A DNA stretch of 41,818 bases from an uncultured Bacilli bacterium (GTDB lineage: Bacteria; Bacillota_I; Bacilli_A; ML615J-28; CAG-698). The notes beneath the pieces were generated by a model. That model was not told where the DNA came from. It made no database searches and worked only from the letters and a program-made list of their open reading frames with translations. This document shows positions 25,601-34,599 of the stretch, piece after piece. The stretch covers positions 1 through 41,818 of the forward strand of contig CANQJU010000001.1 of the NCBI GenBank assembly GCA_947624315.1, in the 5' to 3' direction. The translations under genes and the position numbers were made by a program. Each line of letters starts with the position of its first letter. Position 1 is the stretch's first letter.

Positions 25601-26235
25601 TTTGGATTCAAAGCACGTTTACGGAATCTATCCACAGCTTCACGATCTAATAAACGATCAAATACTTCGTAAGGCATAACTTCAACTTTTTGAATTTCAT
25701 GACTTGTTCTAAAACCATCAAAGAAATGTAAGAATGGAACACTTGATTTAATTGCAGCTAAATGAGCAACACCAGCTAAATCCATTACTTCTTGAACACT
25801 TGATGTGGCAAGCATTGCAAATCCAGTTTGACGACATGCCATAACATCTTGATGATCACCAAAAATTGATAATGCATGAGATGCAATTGCACGTGCAGAA
25901 ACATGAATAACACCTGGTAATAATTCACCAGCAATCTTATACATATTAGGTATCTTTAGTAATAAACCTTGAGATGCAGTATAAGTTGTTGTTAAAGCTC
26001 CAGATTGTAATGAACCATGAACTGTACCAGCAGCACCAGCTTCAGATTGCATTTCAACAATTTTTACAGGAGCACCAAATAAGTTCTTTTGTCCTTTAGC
26101 TGCCCATTCATCAGAATACTCAGCCATTGGAGATGATGGAGTAATTGGATATATACCAGCTACTTCAGTAAATGCATAGGATGCCCAAGCAGCGGCTTGA
26201 TTTCCATCCATAGATTGAAATACTTTTTTTGCCAT
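22690..26235 (-). CDS. nifJ: pyruvate:ferredoxin (flavodoxin) oxidoreductase
   Basis: About 1181 aa single-chain PFOR with two ferredoxin-type CxxCxxCxxxCP motifs and the TPP motif GGDGWAYDIG. The second ATG (26235) has better spacing from the GGAGGA SD than the first (26241). Confidence 0.95.
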   Translation of the reverse strand: MAKKVFQSMDGNQAAAWASYAFTEVAGIYPITPSSPMAEYSDEWAAKGQKNLFGAPVKIVEMQSEAGAAGTVHGSLQSGALTTTYTASQGLLLKIPNMYKIAGELLPGVIHVSARAIASHALSIFGDHQDVMACRQTGFAMLATSSVQEVMDLAGVAHLAAIKSSVPFLHFFDGFRTSHEIQKVEVMPYEVFDRLLDREAVDRFRKRALNPNNPVTRGSAQNDDVYFQAREAQNKFYEAVPDIVEEYMNEISKETGRNYAPFVYYGAKDATDVIFAMGSVCETTCEVVDYLTKQGKKVGLVNVHLYRPFSVKHLFKVLPKTVKRIAVLDRTKEAGALGEPLFLDVQAAFYGKKDAPLIIGGRYGLSSKDTTPGQILAVYENLAGEARHPFTIGINDDVTHLSLDVKEEINTASGDVTQCIFYGLGSDGTVGANKSSIKLIGDNTDNYAQAYFAYDSKKSGGVTRSHLRFGKNPIRSPYLVQMADFISCSLDTYVEKYDMLSSLKEGGRFLLNTLKSEEELLEFMPNSFKKALADKKAKLYIIDAITLAREIGLGNRTNTIMQSAFFKLNEQIMPYDTARDLMKKYAYKAYIKKGEAIVELNYKAIDKGAEGLKEIKVDPAWSKLPLEVKKENENAPEFVKRLANPINAIKGYDLPVSAFKGYEDGTMENGSTAYEKRYIATFVPVWNKENCIQCNQCSFACPHAVIRPFLVTEEEASKAPKGSEYLVPTGKGLEGLKYTMQISVADCTGCEVCVNQCPGKKGEKALKMVHIDDLIHEGKDKIANYFFDNVTYKTDLVDITANAKNSQFAQPLFEFSGACGGCGETPYIKLITQLFGDRMVVANATGCSSIYGGSFPSTPYTKNKEGKGPAWANSLFEDNAEFGFGMRMATETLRNRIGLYMEKALEECAEGRVAELFRAWLANRDSGEETKKIAKELVPLLEGKDCETAKEILKLKDYLVKRSQWIFGGDGWAYDIGYGGLDHVIANQEDVNILVIDTEVYSNTGGQSSKSSPTASIAKFTAAGKSGKKKDLAAIAMSYGHVYVAQIAHGASQAQMLKAIKEAESYNGPSIIIAYAPCINHGLKSGMGKAQEQAKLAVDCGYWTTFRFDPRLADEGKNPFQLDSKEPDWDKYEDHLMTETRYAQLRKINPDKADALLAKNKAEAQRRYRMYQRYLAMDYSK

Positions 26236-26284
26236 TTTCATAATCCTCCGTTTATCTATTGAATATATTTCAATTTCCTTTGCT

Positions 26285-26313
26285 ATTATAACATAGTTTT
26301 TCCTTTTTCACAA
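26285..26313 (-). promoter_or_regulatory. sigma-A promoter of the PFOR gene
   Basis: On the minus strand, TTGTGA, a 17-nt spacer, then TGTTATAAT. Confidence 0.5.
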
Positions 26314-26381
26314 GATTATTTTTAATTTTTGAAAATAATGTAATATTTAAATAAAAAATGTGTATGAAAAATAAAAAAACA

Positions 26382-26410
26382 TTGCTTTTAAATTATTTAT
26401 ATTGCATAAT
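26382..26410 (+). promoter_or_regulatory. sigma-A promoter of sdaA
   Basis: TTGCTT, a 17-nt spacer, then TGCATAAT (extended -10), 40 nt upstream of the ATG at 26451. Confidence 0.45.
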
Positions 26411-26450
26411 ATATATGGTTTTTGAAAAATTTATATTGAGGTTTATAATT

Positions 26451-27638
26451 ATGGACTCCATTAAAAATTTATTTAAAATAGGCTATGGACCTTCTAGTTC
26501 ACATACTATGGGCCCTCAAAAAGCTGCTAAAATTTTTTTAGAAAAGAATTTAAATGCTGATAAATTCATATGTGATTTATATGGATCATTAGCTTTAACT
26601 GGAAAAGGCCATTTGACCGATTACATAATTAAAAAAACTTTGGGAGAGGAAAGAACAATAGTAAACTTTCTGTATGATAAAACATATGACTATCATCCCA
26701 ATGGTTTAAAATTTTATGCATACAAGGATAATAAATTAATCGATGAATGGTTAGTCTTTAGTGTTGGTGGTGGTGATTTAAAAGAACTCAATGAGAGCCG
26801 TAAAACAAGTACTAAAGATATATATCCTCACAAGAATATGCGTGATATTTTAGAATATTGTAAAAAGGAAAATCTAACTTTAGCTGATTATGTTAAAAGA
26901 TTTGATGATGTAACTGATTATTTAAAAGAAGTAATGAATACCATGTTTAATACTATTGAAATAGGCTTAAACACTAAAGGAACATTACCAGGAAGTTTAA
27001 AACTAAATAGACGAGCTAATGATATATATTTGAAATATTTAGAGAACAAATCCTTTTCTAAACTCCTTTATGCATCAGCTTTAGCAACAGCTGAAGAAAA
27101 TGCCAATGGGGGAATTGTTGTAACTTCCCCAACATGTGGAGCAAGTGGCGTTTTACCTGCTGTTTTATATAGCAGTAAAATATATCACCATACAGATGAT
27201 GAAGTTTTAATTAAGGCCTTAATGGTTGCTGGATTAGTTGGTAATATTATTAAATTTAATGGTTCAATATCAGGGGCAGAAGTTGGTTGTCAAGGAGAAA
27301 TTGGTTCTGCTTGTTCAATGGCTGCAGCTTGTCAAGCCTATATTATTGGTGGAAACAATTACCAAATTGAATATGCTAGTGAGATTGCTCTAGAACATAA
27401 CTTAGGTCTAACATGTGACCCAATTGATGGATTAGTACAAATACCATGTATTGAAAGAAATCCTTTAGCCAGTGCCAAAGCTATTGATGCGGCAAATTAC
27501 GCTATTTTAACTGATGGCACTCATCGCGTTTCTTTTGATGAAATAATAAAAGTTATGATGGAAACGGGAATTGATTTATCAAGTAAATATAAAGAAACAT
27601 CAATTGGTGGTTTAGCCAAAAGAGAAATTAACAAATAA
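26451..27638 (+). CDS. sdaA: L-serine ammonia-lyase (iron-sulfur dependent, single-chain form)
   Basis: MDSIKNLFKIGYGPSSSHTMGP...LYGSLALTGKGHLTD parallels the E. coli SdaA N-terminus. The C-terminal half has the Cys-containing alpha-domain motifs (SPTCGASG, GCQGEIGSAC). The start is set at 26451 (SD TGAGGT). The ORF-track start at 26358 is an extension. Confidence 0.85.
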   Translation: MDSIKNLFKIGYGPSSSHTMGPQKAAKIFLEKNLNADKFICDLYGSLALTGKGHLTDYIIKKTLGEERTIVNFLYDKTYDYHPNGLKFYAYKDNKLIDEWLVFSVGGGDLKELNESRKTSTKDIYPHKNMRDILEYCKKENLTLADYVKRFDDVTDYLKEVMNTMFNTIEIGLNTKGTLPGSLKLNRRANDIYLKYLENKSFSKLLYASALATAEENANGGIVVTSPTCGASGVLPAVLYSSKIYHHTDDEVLIKALMVAGLVGNIIKFNGSISGAEVGCQGEIGSACSMAAACQAYIIGGNNYQIEYASEIALEHNLGLTCDPIDGLVQIPCIERNPLASAKAIDAANYAILTDGTHRVSFDEIIKVMMETGIDLSSKYKETSIGGLAKREINK

Positions 27639-27668
27639 AAAGCCGATGTAATATTACATCGGTTTTTA
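27637..27668. terminator. bidirectional terminator between sdaA and rsmI
   Basis: Perfect palindrome CCGATGTAAT/ATTACATCGG (27643-27662), flanked by an A-run and a T-run. Confidence 0.7.
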
Positions 27669-28514
27669 AATCTCATTAACTTCACGATAGACATCACTTT
27701 TAGATATTTTTCGATCTTTAGCGACCATTTTCATAGCTTCTTTACTTTCAACATTATTATCTAAATAATATTTGTAATGTTCTTTGATAGATAATTTAGA
27801 TAAATCAATTTGTTTTTTAGTGACATTTGTTCCTTTAACAATTATTACTATTTCTCCCTTTAGTTGTAAATCACTATTAACAATTTCTTCTAAATTTCCA
27901 CGAATATATTCTTCGTATTTTTTAGTTAATTCACGAGCAATAGCAACTTCTCTATTACCAAAAACTTCATACATTACTTCTAATGTTTCTTCAATGCGAT
28001 GAGGTGATTCATAAAATATCATTGTATATTTATAATCACGAAGTGATTCTAATTCTTTTTGCTTTTGACTTTTTTTATGATCTAAAAATCCATAGAAAAG
28101 GAATTTATCACAAGGTAAGCCTGAGGCAATTAAAGCTGTTAGTGAAGCACTAGCACCAGGCAAAGCCACAACATCATATCCTTTATCTAAAATTGTTTTA
28201 GTTAATAAGTAACCTGGGTCACTAATTCCTGGAAGACCGGCATCACTTACTAAAGCAATATTTTTTTTATCATCTAAAAACTTAACAATATCCTCGCACT
28301 TTTCATTTTCATTAAAAATATGATAACTTGAAAGAGGAGTATTAATATTAAAGTGACTAAGCAAAACCTTAGTCACTCTTGTATCTTCACAAAAAATTAT
28401 ATCTACACTCTTTAAAACTTCGATACTTCGAAAAGTCATATCACTAAAATTACCAATCGGAGTAGCAACTAAATAAAGAGTTGGTTTAGCATCTAAAGTT
28501 TTTTGAATTCTCAT
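27666..28514 (-). CDS. rsmI: 16S rRNA (cytidine1402-2'-O)-methyltransferase
   Basis: 282 aa: LYLVATPIGNFSDMTFRSIEVLKSVDIIFCEDTR and SDAGLPGISDPG, the tetrapyrrole-methylase-fold RsmI signature. Its position after the yabB-like gene matches B. subtilis. Confidence 0.9.
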   Translation of the reverse strand: MRIQKTLDAKPTLYLVATPIGNFSDMTFRSIEVLKSVDIIFCEDTRVTKVLLSHFNINTPLSSYHIFNENEKCEDIVKFLDDKKNIALVSDAGLPGISDPGYLLTKTILDKGYDVVALPGASASLTALIASGLPCDKFLFYGFLDHKKSQKQKELESLRDYKYTMIFYESPHRIEETLEVMYEVFGNREVAIARELTKKYEEYIRGNLEEIVNSDLQLKGEIVIIVKGTNVTKKQIDLSKLSIKEHYKYYLDNNVESKEAMKMVAKDRKISKSDVYREVNEI

Positions 28515-28924
28515 TCGGTAATTATTCTCTTAATTCTTTCTCGGATATCTCTTTCTGTATAAACAGCTTTCATGAACTCCGCTTTTTTCTTAGAAGAAAT
28601 ATCTAATCCTGTTTGGACTTCCTCCAAAATCATATGTTCCTCTACAGAATAAAATTCATCACTTAAAGAAGCACTAATTAAATTATAAAAAACAAGGTTT
28701 TTAGTCGTTTTAGATTTGCTAGCAAAATATTCAATAAGTTTATCTAATGGGGCATCAGAGTTGCGATATTTAGTAGCATCTTCACCCATTTCATATTTTA
28801 CCATTTCCACAATCTTTTTTTCTGTTTCACTTGTTGGTCCATCAGAATTAATAACCTTAACTAATAAATCAATAAATTTATGTTTTTCTTCTTTAGATAA
28901 TAAATTTAATAGCATTGCTCTCAC
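28511..28924 (-). CDS. hypothetical protein, possibly TerB-like helical domain
   Basis: 137 aa, all-helical in character, with FIDLLVKVINSDGPTSETEKKIV resembling the TerB/DjlA-N pattern (weak, from memory). There is a 4-nt ATGA overlap with rsmI. Confidence 0.35.
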   Translation of the reverse strand: MRAMLLNLLSKEEKHKFIDLLVKVINSDGPTSETEKKIVEMVKYEMGEDATKYRNSDAPLDKLIEYFASKSKTTKNLVFYNLISASLSDEFYSVEEHMILEEVQTGLDISSKKKAEFMKAVYTERDIRERIKRIITE

Positions 28925-28947
28925 CTCTTTATTATTATAGCATTTTT

Positions 28948-29703
28948 TTATTTAAAATTAAAGATATTTTTTATTTCTTCTGTATATTCATTATTAATGT
29001 CATATACATACATTGGTTTTTCAACTTTGACTTGATCGCGTTTATTCTTTTTAGCTTCAATTAAAACTAGTAAAGCTTCATTATCACTTTCTTTAGGATA
29101 AATAAATCTTAAGCGTTTAATTCCAAAGCGTTCTTGTTTTAATATATTCATTATATCACTAATTCGTTCAGCGCGATGAATTAAATTAAAACTTCCACCA
29201 TCAATTAAAAGCTTTTTGGCTTCATTAATAAGTTCTTCTAAAGTGATTAATACTTCATGGCGAGCAATAGTTAAATAATCATTTTTATTAACTTTGCTGG
29301 TTGGTTTATATTTAAAATATGGAGGATTACTAATTACTACACTAAAGCTATTAGCACCAAGCTTTTTGTAAATATCTTTAATATTATCATTAACTAAAAA
29401 TATTTGTTCTTCTAGATGATTTATTTCTACACTCTTTTTTGCTAATTCATAAACATCTTTTTGAATTTCAACTCCATATATAGGATTATCGGTTTTTAAA
29501 GTGAGGAATAAAGGAATGGGAGCATTGCCAGTTCCCAAATCGATTATTTTTCCCTTTACTTTCTTTAAATCAACAAAATCTGCCAAAAGCATTGAATCTT
29601 GAGAGAATCTTAACATATCATCTCGTTGAATGATTTTTATTCTTTCATAACCTAAAAGTTCATGAATATTTTCCATATTATTCAGCGTCTTCAGTAACAT
29701 CAT
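28948..29703 (-). CDS. SAM-dependent N6-adenine methyltransferase (YabB / tRNA1(Val) m6A37 TrmN6-like)
   Basis: DLGTGNAPIP SAM loop and the SNPPYF (NPPY) motif. An alternative, more likely start is the ATG at 29676 (MENIHELLGYE), just after the ricT stop. Confidence 0.75.
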   Translation of the reverse strand: MMLLKTLNNMENIHELLGYERIKIIQRDDMLRFSQDSMLLADFVDLKKVKGKIIDLGTGNAPIPLFLTLKTDNPIYGVEIQKDVYELAKKSVEINHLEEQIFLVNDNIKDIYKKLGANSFSVVISNPPYFKYKPTSKVNKNDYLTIARHEVLITLEELINEAKKLLIDGGSFNLIHRAERISDIMNILKQERFGIKRLRFIYPKESDNEALLVLIEAKKNKRDQVKVEKPMYVYDINNEYTEEIKNIFNFK

Positions 29704-30541
29704 CAGTTAAATCAGCATCTGATGTTTCTTCTTCATGAGATTTTATTTTAATAACTTCCTCAGCTGGCCATTGTTCAATATTTTCTTCATTATCAATTGT
29801 TTTAACTATTTCTTTTAAATAATTAACATCGATAACTTTACATCCTTTACATCTTGGAGTATCAACAATATCACCAATTAAAGGAATGCGTGAACGAATT
29901 TCTTCATACAAAGGATTTTCATAACCAATGCAACACATTAGTTTCCCACAAAGTCCCGCAATTTTTGAAGCATTTAAACTCATGCCTTGATCTTTAGCCA
30001 TCTTCATTGTAACTAAATCAAACTCACGCAAATGTGATTTGCAACAAATTTCTCTTCCACAGCTTCCAATCCCCCCAATAAACTTAGCACCCTCTCTAGT
30101 GCCGATTTGACGAAGTTCGATTCTAATTTTAAATTCACTAGCAAGTTGCTTCAATAATTCACGAAAATCAACTCTTCCATCAGCATTATAGTAGAAAATA
30201 ATTTTTTGCTTGTCTAAAGTGTATTCACACTCTAAAAGCTTCATTTCCAATTTATCTTCTTTAATAATCTTTTCAGCTATTTCGTAAGCTTGTTTAGCTT
30301 TAATTTGATTTTCATTATACGCTTTTATATCGTTATTGCTTGCAATTCTTACTACTGATTTTAATTCATGTTCTAAGACTCCATCTTCAACTTCTCTTGG
30401 GGGAACAGTAACATATCCAAGTTCAAGTCCTCGAATAGTCTCAACAACAACTTTTTCGTCTTTTTCAAGTTTATATGGGCCTGGACTAAACCAGTAAATT
30501 TTACCAACATCTTTAAATGTTATTCCTACAACTTTAATCAT
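29678..30541 (-). CDS. ricT: PSP1-domain regulatory iron-sulfur protein RicT (YaaT)
   Basis: 287 aa with a PSP1 C-terminal domain and the Cys cluster GSCGREICC...LCGKLMCC. Its position after holB matches B. subtilis. Confidence 0.85.
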   Translation of the reverse strand: MIKVVGITFKDVGKIYWFSPGPYKLEKDEKVVVETIRGLELGYVTVPPREVEDGVLEHELKSVVRIASNNDIKAYNENQIKAKQAYEIAEKIIKEDKLEMKLLECEYTLDKQKIIFYYNADGRVDFRELLKQLASEFKIRIELRQIGTREGAKFIGGIGSCGREICCKSHLREFDLVTMKMAKDQGMSLNASKIAGLCGKLMCCIGYENPLYEEIRSRIPLIGDIVDTPRCKGCKVIDVNYLKEIVKTIDNEENIEQWPAEEVIKIKSHEEETSDADLTDDVTEDAE

Positions 30542-30545
30542 TTTC

Positions 30546-31517
30546 TTACCTCATTATTTCCACAAACATTTGCATATACATTAAATCTAAATTAATGTTA
30601 TATTTCAAACGTCCTTTAGCTTCAATCATTTTTTCTAATTGTTTGAAGACCTTTTGATAATCATCTTCTAAAGGATATTTTTCTATAGTCTCTTTAAAGG
30701 TGATTTCCTCATCTTGGCCTAAGATTTTATATAATCTATCATTAGTTATTAAAATCAAAATATCGATAAATAACTGATGATATTTTTTATCATTATTTTC
30801 AAATAAAAATTTTGATTCTTCGTAAAATGTTAAAAAAGTTCTTTTCTTTAAAACAATACTTTCACTACATTTTTTAACTAAATCAATAATATCTAATATT
30901 TTGCCATCATTAATCATTTGTAATCCTTCATTAGGATCATTAGTGATACGTGATAAAACTCTAGCTATTTCTTTGTCGATTCCTTTGTTAATATATTCAT
31001 CAATAATTTCTTGTCTATCAACTTTGGAAAAAGAAATAATTTGCATTCTTGATTTAATAGTTGATAAAACATTAGGTAATGCTTCGGTTAATAAAATACC
31101 ATAATTATCATCACCCATTTCCTCTAAGAATTTTAATAAAGAATTGCTCGCACTTAAAGTGGCTTTTTCAATATCTTTAATGATAAATACTCGAACTCCT
31201 TCTTCTAGGCTTTTTCTAGAGAATTCTCTTTCTAAATCATCGATTTGTTCTTTTCTTATTGTATCTTGAATAGGTTCAATATAAAAAATACGGGGATGAA
31301 TTCCTTTTTTTATTCTTTGGCATTCTAAACATTCTCCACATGGTTTATTATCTCCTGTGCACATTAATAGACTTGCCAAATAATAAGCAGCTTCTAACTT
31401 TAAAGTTCCTTTAGCTCCTTCAAATAAATATCCATGAACTAATCTATTCTTTTTATAACTATTTTCAAGCAATTGCACAACGTGCTTCTGGGTTTTTTTA
31501 AAGCGTGAAAAATCCAT
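30546..31517 (-). CDS. holB: DNA polymerase III subunit delta'
   Basis: 323 aa with HGYLFEGAKGT, the Zn module CGECLECQRI and a SRMQ-like sensor (KSRMQII). It lies between tmk and ricT. Confidence 0.85.
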   Translation of the reverse strand: MDFSRFKKTQKHVVQLLENSYKKNRLVHGYLFEGAKGTLKLEAAYYLASLLMCTGDNKPCGECLECQRIKKGIHPRIFYIEPIQDTIRKEQIDDLEREFSRKSLEEGVRVFIIKDIEKATLSASNSLLKFLEEMGDDNYGILLTEALPNVLSTIKSRMQIISFSKVDRQEIIDEYINKGIDKEIARVLSRITNDPNEGLQMINDGKILDIIDLVKKCSESIVLKKRTFLTFYEESKFLFENNDKKYHQLFIDILILITNDRLYKILGQDEEITFKETIEKYPLEDDYQKVFKQLEKMIEAKGRLKYNINLDLMYMQMFVEIMR

Positions 31518-31526
31518 ATTACTCTC

Positions 31527-32147
31527 CTAAATTTCTTCTAAAACTAATTTTTTTACCTCATTATATACTTCTTCTAAACTTCTATTTCCATCAATAACTT
31601 TAATGCGATCGGGAAACATTTGGCTAATCTTTAGATATCCTTCACGAACGCGTTGGTGAAACTCGATTTTTTCTAAATCAAGGCGATCCATATCGCGATG
31701 ATTAGTTTTAATTCTTGATAAACCGATTTGTGGATCAATATCAATATAAATAGTTAAATCGGGATAAAAACCATTAACAGCATAATCATTAATGGCATAT
31801 ACTTTGTCAATTCCAATACCACGAGCATATCCTTGATAGGCCAAGGATGAATCAATATAGCGATCACATAAAACAATCTTTTGACTATGTATGGCTGGCA
31901 AAATGATTTCTGTTAAATGTTGACGACGACTCGCAGCATAAAGCAAAGCTTCTGTCATATAATCCATTTTGGTATTATTGATATTTAAAATAACTTTACG
32001 AATTTCTTCACTTATTTCGCTTCCCCCTGGCTCTCTAGTCTTTAAAATATCATATCCTTGATTTTTTAAATCTATCGCTAAACGTTCAATTATCGTTGTT
32101 TTTCCTGTTCCTTCTCCACCTTCAAAGGTAATAAATTTCTTTTGCAT
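31527..32147 (-). CDS. tmk: thymidylate kinase
   Basis: MQKKFITFEGGEGTGKTT P-loop and a DRY motif (CDRYIDSS). The start is set at the ATG at 32147, after AAAGGTGG. The ORF-track start at 32171 is an extension. Confidence 0.92.
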   Translation of the reverse strand: MQKKFITFEGGEGTGKTTIIERLAIDLKNQGYDILKTREPGGSEISEEIRKVILNINNTKMDYMTEALLYAASRRQHLTEIILPAIHSQKIVLCDRYIDSSLAYQGYARGIGIDKVYAINDYAVNGFYPDLTIYIDIDPQIGLSRIKTNHRDMDRLDLEKIEFHQRVREGYLKISQMFPDRIKVIDGNRSLEEVYNEVKKLVLEEI

Positions 32148-32270
32148 ACTACCACCTTTTATATTTTTCAATTTCTTATTTCTATTATCTCACATTTTCA
32201 ACAAAAAATAAAGGGTTTTTTCTTGTTTTAATATATTATTTATGATAAAATATAATTGGTAAAGGAAGTA

Positions 32271-32933
32271 ATGTCTATGCGAGTAACTGTAAACAACCTT
32301 ACATTTGCATACACTCAAAAATTAGTTTTAAGCAACATTTCTTTTTCTTTAAAAAGTGGGGAGTTTTTAACAATCCATGGTAAAAATGGAACTGGTAAAA
32401 CGACTTTAATTAGATGCTTTTTAAAGATGCTTAAAGTTAATGATGGGATGATTTATTTAGATGATATGGATATCAATCATATTAAAACTTTCTCAAATAT
32501 TGGATACGTTCCTCAAAAGACTGATTTTAATTATGAATTCCCAATCACCGTTTTTGAAATTCTTTCTTGTGCATATTTGAAAAAGCGTGATGCTTATTAT
32601 ACAAAGATTATTAATGACTTTGATTTAAATAAAATATATCATGAAAATATTAACAATTTAAGTGGTGGGCAATTGCAAAGAGTTTTTATTGCAAGAGCTC
32701 TATTAAATCGTCCAAAATTGCTTATTTTAGATGAGCCTACAGTTGGTGTTGATGTTGACAATATTAAAACTTTACATGAAACACTACAAAATCTTAAGCA
32801 AGAAGGAATAACTATTATTCTAGTAAGCCATGATATGGAGTTTTGCCAAGATATAACTGATTATTATTTGATTTTAAATGAATTAGGCGACTATGAATTT
32901 AAAAAGGCTGGTGATAATAATGTTTCTAGCTAG
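32271..32933 (+). CDS. ABC transporter ATP-binding protein (ZnuC/MntB-type metal importer ATPase)
   Basis: Walker A GKNGTGKTT, signature LSGGQLQR and Walker B LLILDEP. It is paired with an ABC-3 permease. The start at 32271 follows AAAGGAAG. Confidence 0.8.
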   Translation: MSMRVTVNNLTFAYTQKLVLSNISFSLKSGEFLTIHGKNGTGKTTLIRCFLKMLKVNDGMIYLDDMDINHIKTFSNIGYVPQKTDFNYEFPITVFEILSCAYLKKRDAYYTKIINDFDLNKIYHENINNLSGGQLQRVFIARALLNRPKLLILDEPTVGVDVDNIKTLHETLQNLKQEGITIILVSHDMEFCQDITDYYLILNELGDYEFKKAGDNNVSS

Positions 32934-33786
32934 TGTTTTTAAAGATTTATTTGCTTTTGATTTTCTTCAATATGCCCTATTAGCGGGATTATTGGTAGGA
33001 CTTTTAGCTCCATTAATTGGAACAGTTGTCGTTATTAGACGTATTTCGTTTATTGCTGATACGTTGAGTCACTTCTCTTTAGCTGGAGTTTGTATTGGCG
33101 TATTTCTATCAAAACTAATCAATTGGAAAATCTTTGATCCCCTATTTATGGGAATTGTCTTTAGTATTTTAGGTACTTTTGTCATTGAAAAGCTCCGTGG
33201 TTTTTATAAAAACTACAAAGAGCTATCAATGCCTATAGTTATGAGTTGTGGTGTAGCTTTAAGCGGTTTATTTATTAGTTTAAGTAATAATATCGATTCA
33301 AAATATACCAATAGTTTATTGTTTGGTTCTATTTTGAGCGTATCATCTACCGATCTTATAACTATTATTATTATAACTGTCATTGTATTTATATTCATAA
33401 TGTTTACTTATAAAAAGATTGTAACATTATGTTTTGATGAAGTTTATGCTAGAGTTTCTGGTATAAATGTTAAATTATTGCAATTGGGATTGACAATTAT
33501 TTTAGCTTTAGTAATATCTTTATTTATTGATATTGTTGGGGTATTATTGATTGCTTCACTTATGATTATTCCCGTAGCTTCGGCTATTCTTATCGGTGAT
33601 TCTTTCTTAAATACCGTTGTTAGTTCCATTGTTTTTAGTGAAGTTTCTTTAGTTAGTGGATTTGTAATTAGTTACCATGCTAATGTTACAACAGGACCAG
33701 TTATTATCATTATTAATATCTTAATTTTAATTGTAATTATGCTAATTAAGAAAATTCGCTCATCGATTGCTTCTAAGAAAAAATAG
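32920..33786 (+). CDS. ABC-3 family metal ABC transporter permease (ZnuB/MntC-like)
   Basis: Polytopic protein of about 288 aa with ABC-3-like sequence (ISFIADTLSHFSLAGV...). The ATG at 32920 follows GGTGA and overlaps the ATPase gene by 14 nt. Confidence 0.8.
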   Translation: MFLASVFKDLFAFDFLQYALLAGLLVGLLAPLIGTVVVIRRISFIADTLSHFSLAGVCIGVFLSKLINWKIFDPLFMGIVFSILGTFVIEKLRGFYKNYKELSMPIVMSCGVALSGLFISLSNNIDSKYTNSLLFGSILSVSSTDLITIIIITVIVFIFIMFTYKKIVTLCFDEVYARVSGINVKLLQLGLTIILALVISLFIDIVGVLLIASLMIIPVASAILIGDSFLNTVVSSIVFSEVSLVSGFVISYHANVTTGPVIIIINILILIVIMLIKKIRSSIASKKK

Positions 33787-33823
33787 CTTTTGTCATTTTT
33801 TAACAAAAGCTATCTTTTTTTTA
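33784..33823 (+). terminator. intrinsic terminator of the metal ABC operon
   Basis: TAGCTTTTGT-loop-ACAAAAGCTA followed by TCTTTTTTTT. Confidence 0.7.
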
Positions 33824-33867
33824 CAAATTTTTTTCTTTCAAATAAAAATTTATTTTTTTAAACATTT

Positions 33868-34599
33868 TTAATCATAATATACTTTAAAAAGATATAATCC
33901 GTTTGATGGCGCTGTTTTAGGGGCAAATCTCCTATTTTTTTCGCCCAGAATCGATTTTAAGTCTTCCAACGAGTATTTATTCCTTCCACACTCTAACCAC
34001 ATTGCAACCAAAATTCTTACCATGTTGTGCATAAAGCCGTTTCCAACAATTTTTATGGTCAAAAGTGAGGAATTCCACTCAAAATCTATCGAGTAAATTG
34101 TTCGAATTGTATTCGATAATTTTTGATTTTTGGTGAAGCTTCTAAAGTCGTGTTCACCAACAAAAATTTGGCTTGCTTGATAGACTAAATCAAGATCAAT
34201 TTTTTTATAAGGATAATAATAACGATAATTTTTCTTTAAGGGATCATATTCGCCAAAATCTATTAAATAATGATATTCTTTTTTAGTAACCGAAAATCTT
34301 GCATGAAAGTTTTCATCAACAATTTCGACTTTTTTGATATAAATATCACGGGGAAGGCGTGAATTTATAGCATTGCGCATGTTTTCCTCTTTCATTTCGA
34401 TGTCACTATCGAAGTGAAAAACCTGTCCAAGGGCATGAACCCCACTATCAGTTCTTCCGCTGGGATAAATTATTGTCTTTTTTTTGTTAATAATTAATAA
34501 AACTTTCTCAATTTCGTCTTGAACAGTTCTTAAAGACCCTTGAATTTGAAATCCATGGAACATTGTTCCATCATAACTAACAGTACATTTATATCGCAT
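33868..34599 (-). CDS. truA: tRNA pseudouridine(38-40) synthase
   Basis: 243 aa: MRYKCTVSYDGTMFHGFQ and GRTDSGVHA (catalytic Asp). It follows ecfT as in Bacillus. Confidence 0.92.
   Translation of the reverse strand: MRYKCTVSYDGTMFHGFQIQGSLRTVQDEIEKVLLIINKKKTIIYPSGRTDSGVHALGQVFHFDSDIEMKEENMRNAINSRLPRDIYIKKVEIVDENFHARFSVTKKEYHYLIDFGEYDPLKKNYRYYYPYKKIDLDLVYQASQIFVGEHDFRSFTKNQKLSNTIRTIYSIDFEWNSSLLTIKIVGNGFMHNMVRILVAMWLECGRNKYSLEDLKSILGEKNRRFAPKTAPSNGLYLFKVYYD

Noticed and set aside
32225-32255. AT-rich palindrome (TAATATATTA) in the metal ABC promoter as a Zur/MntR box
   Set aside because: It does not match the Zur or MntR consensus sequences I remember, and such palindromes are expected by chance at this base composition.
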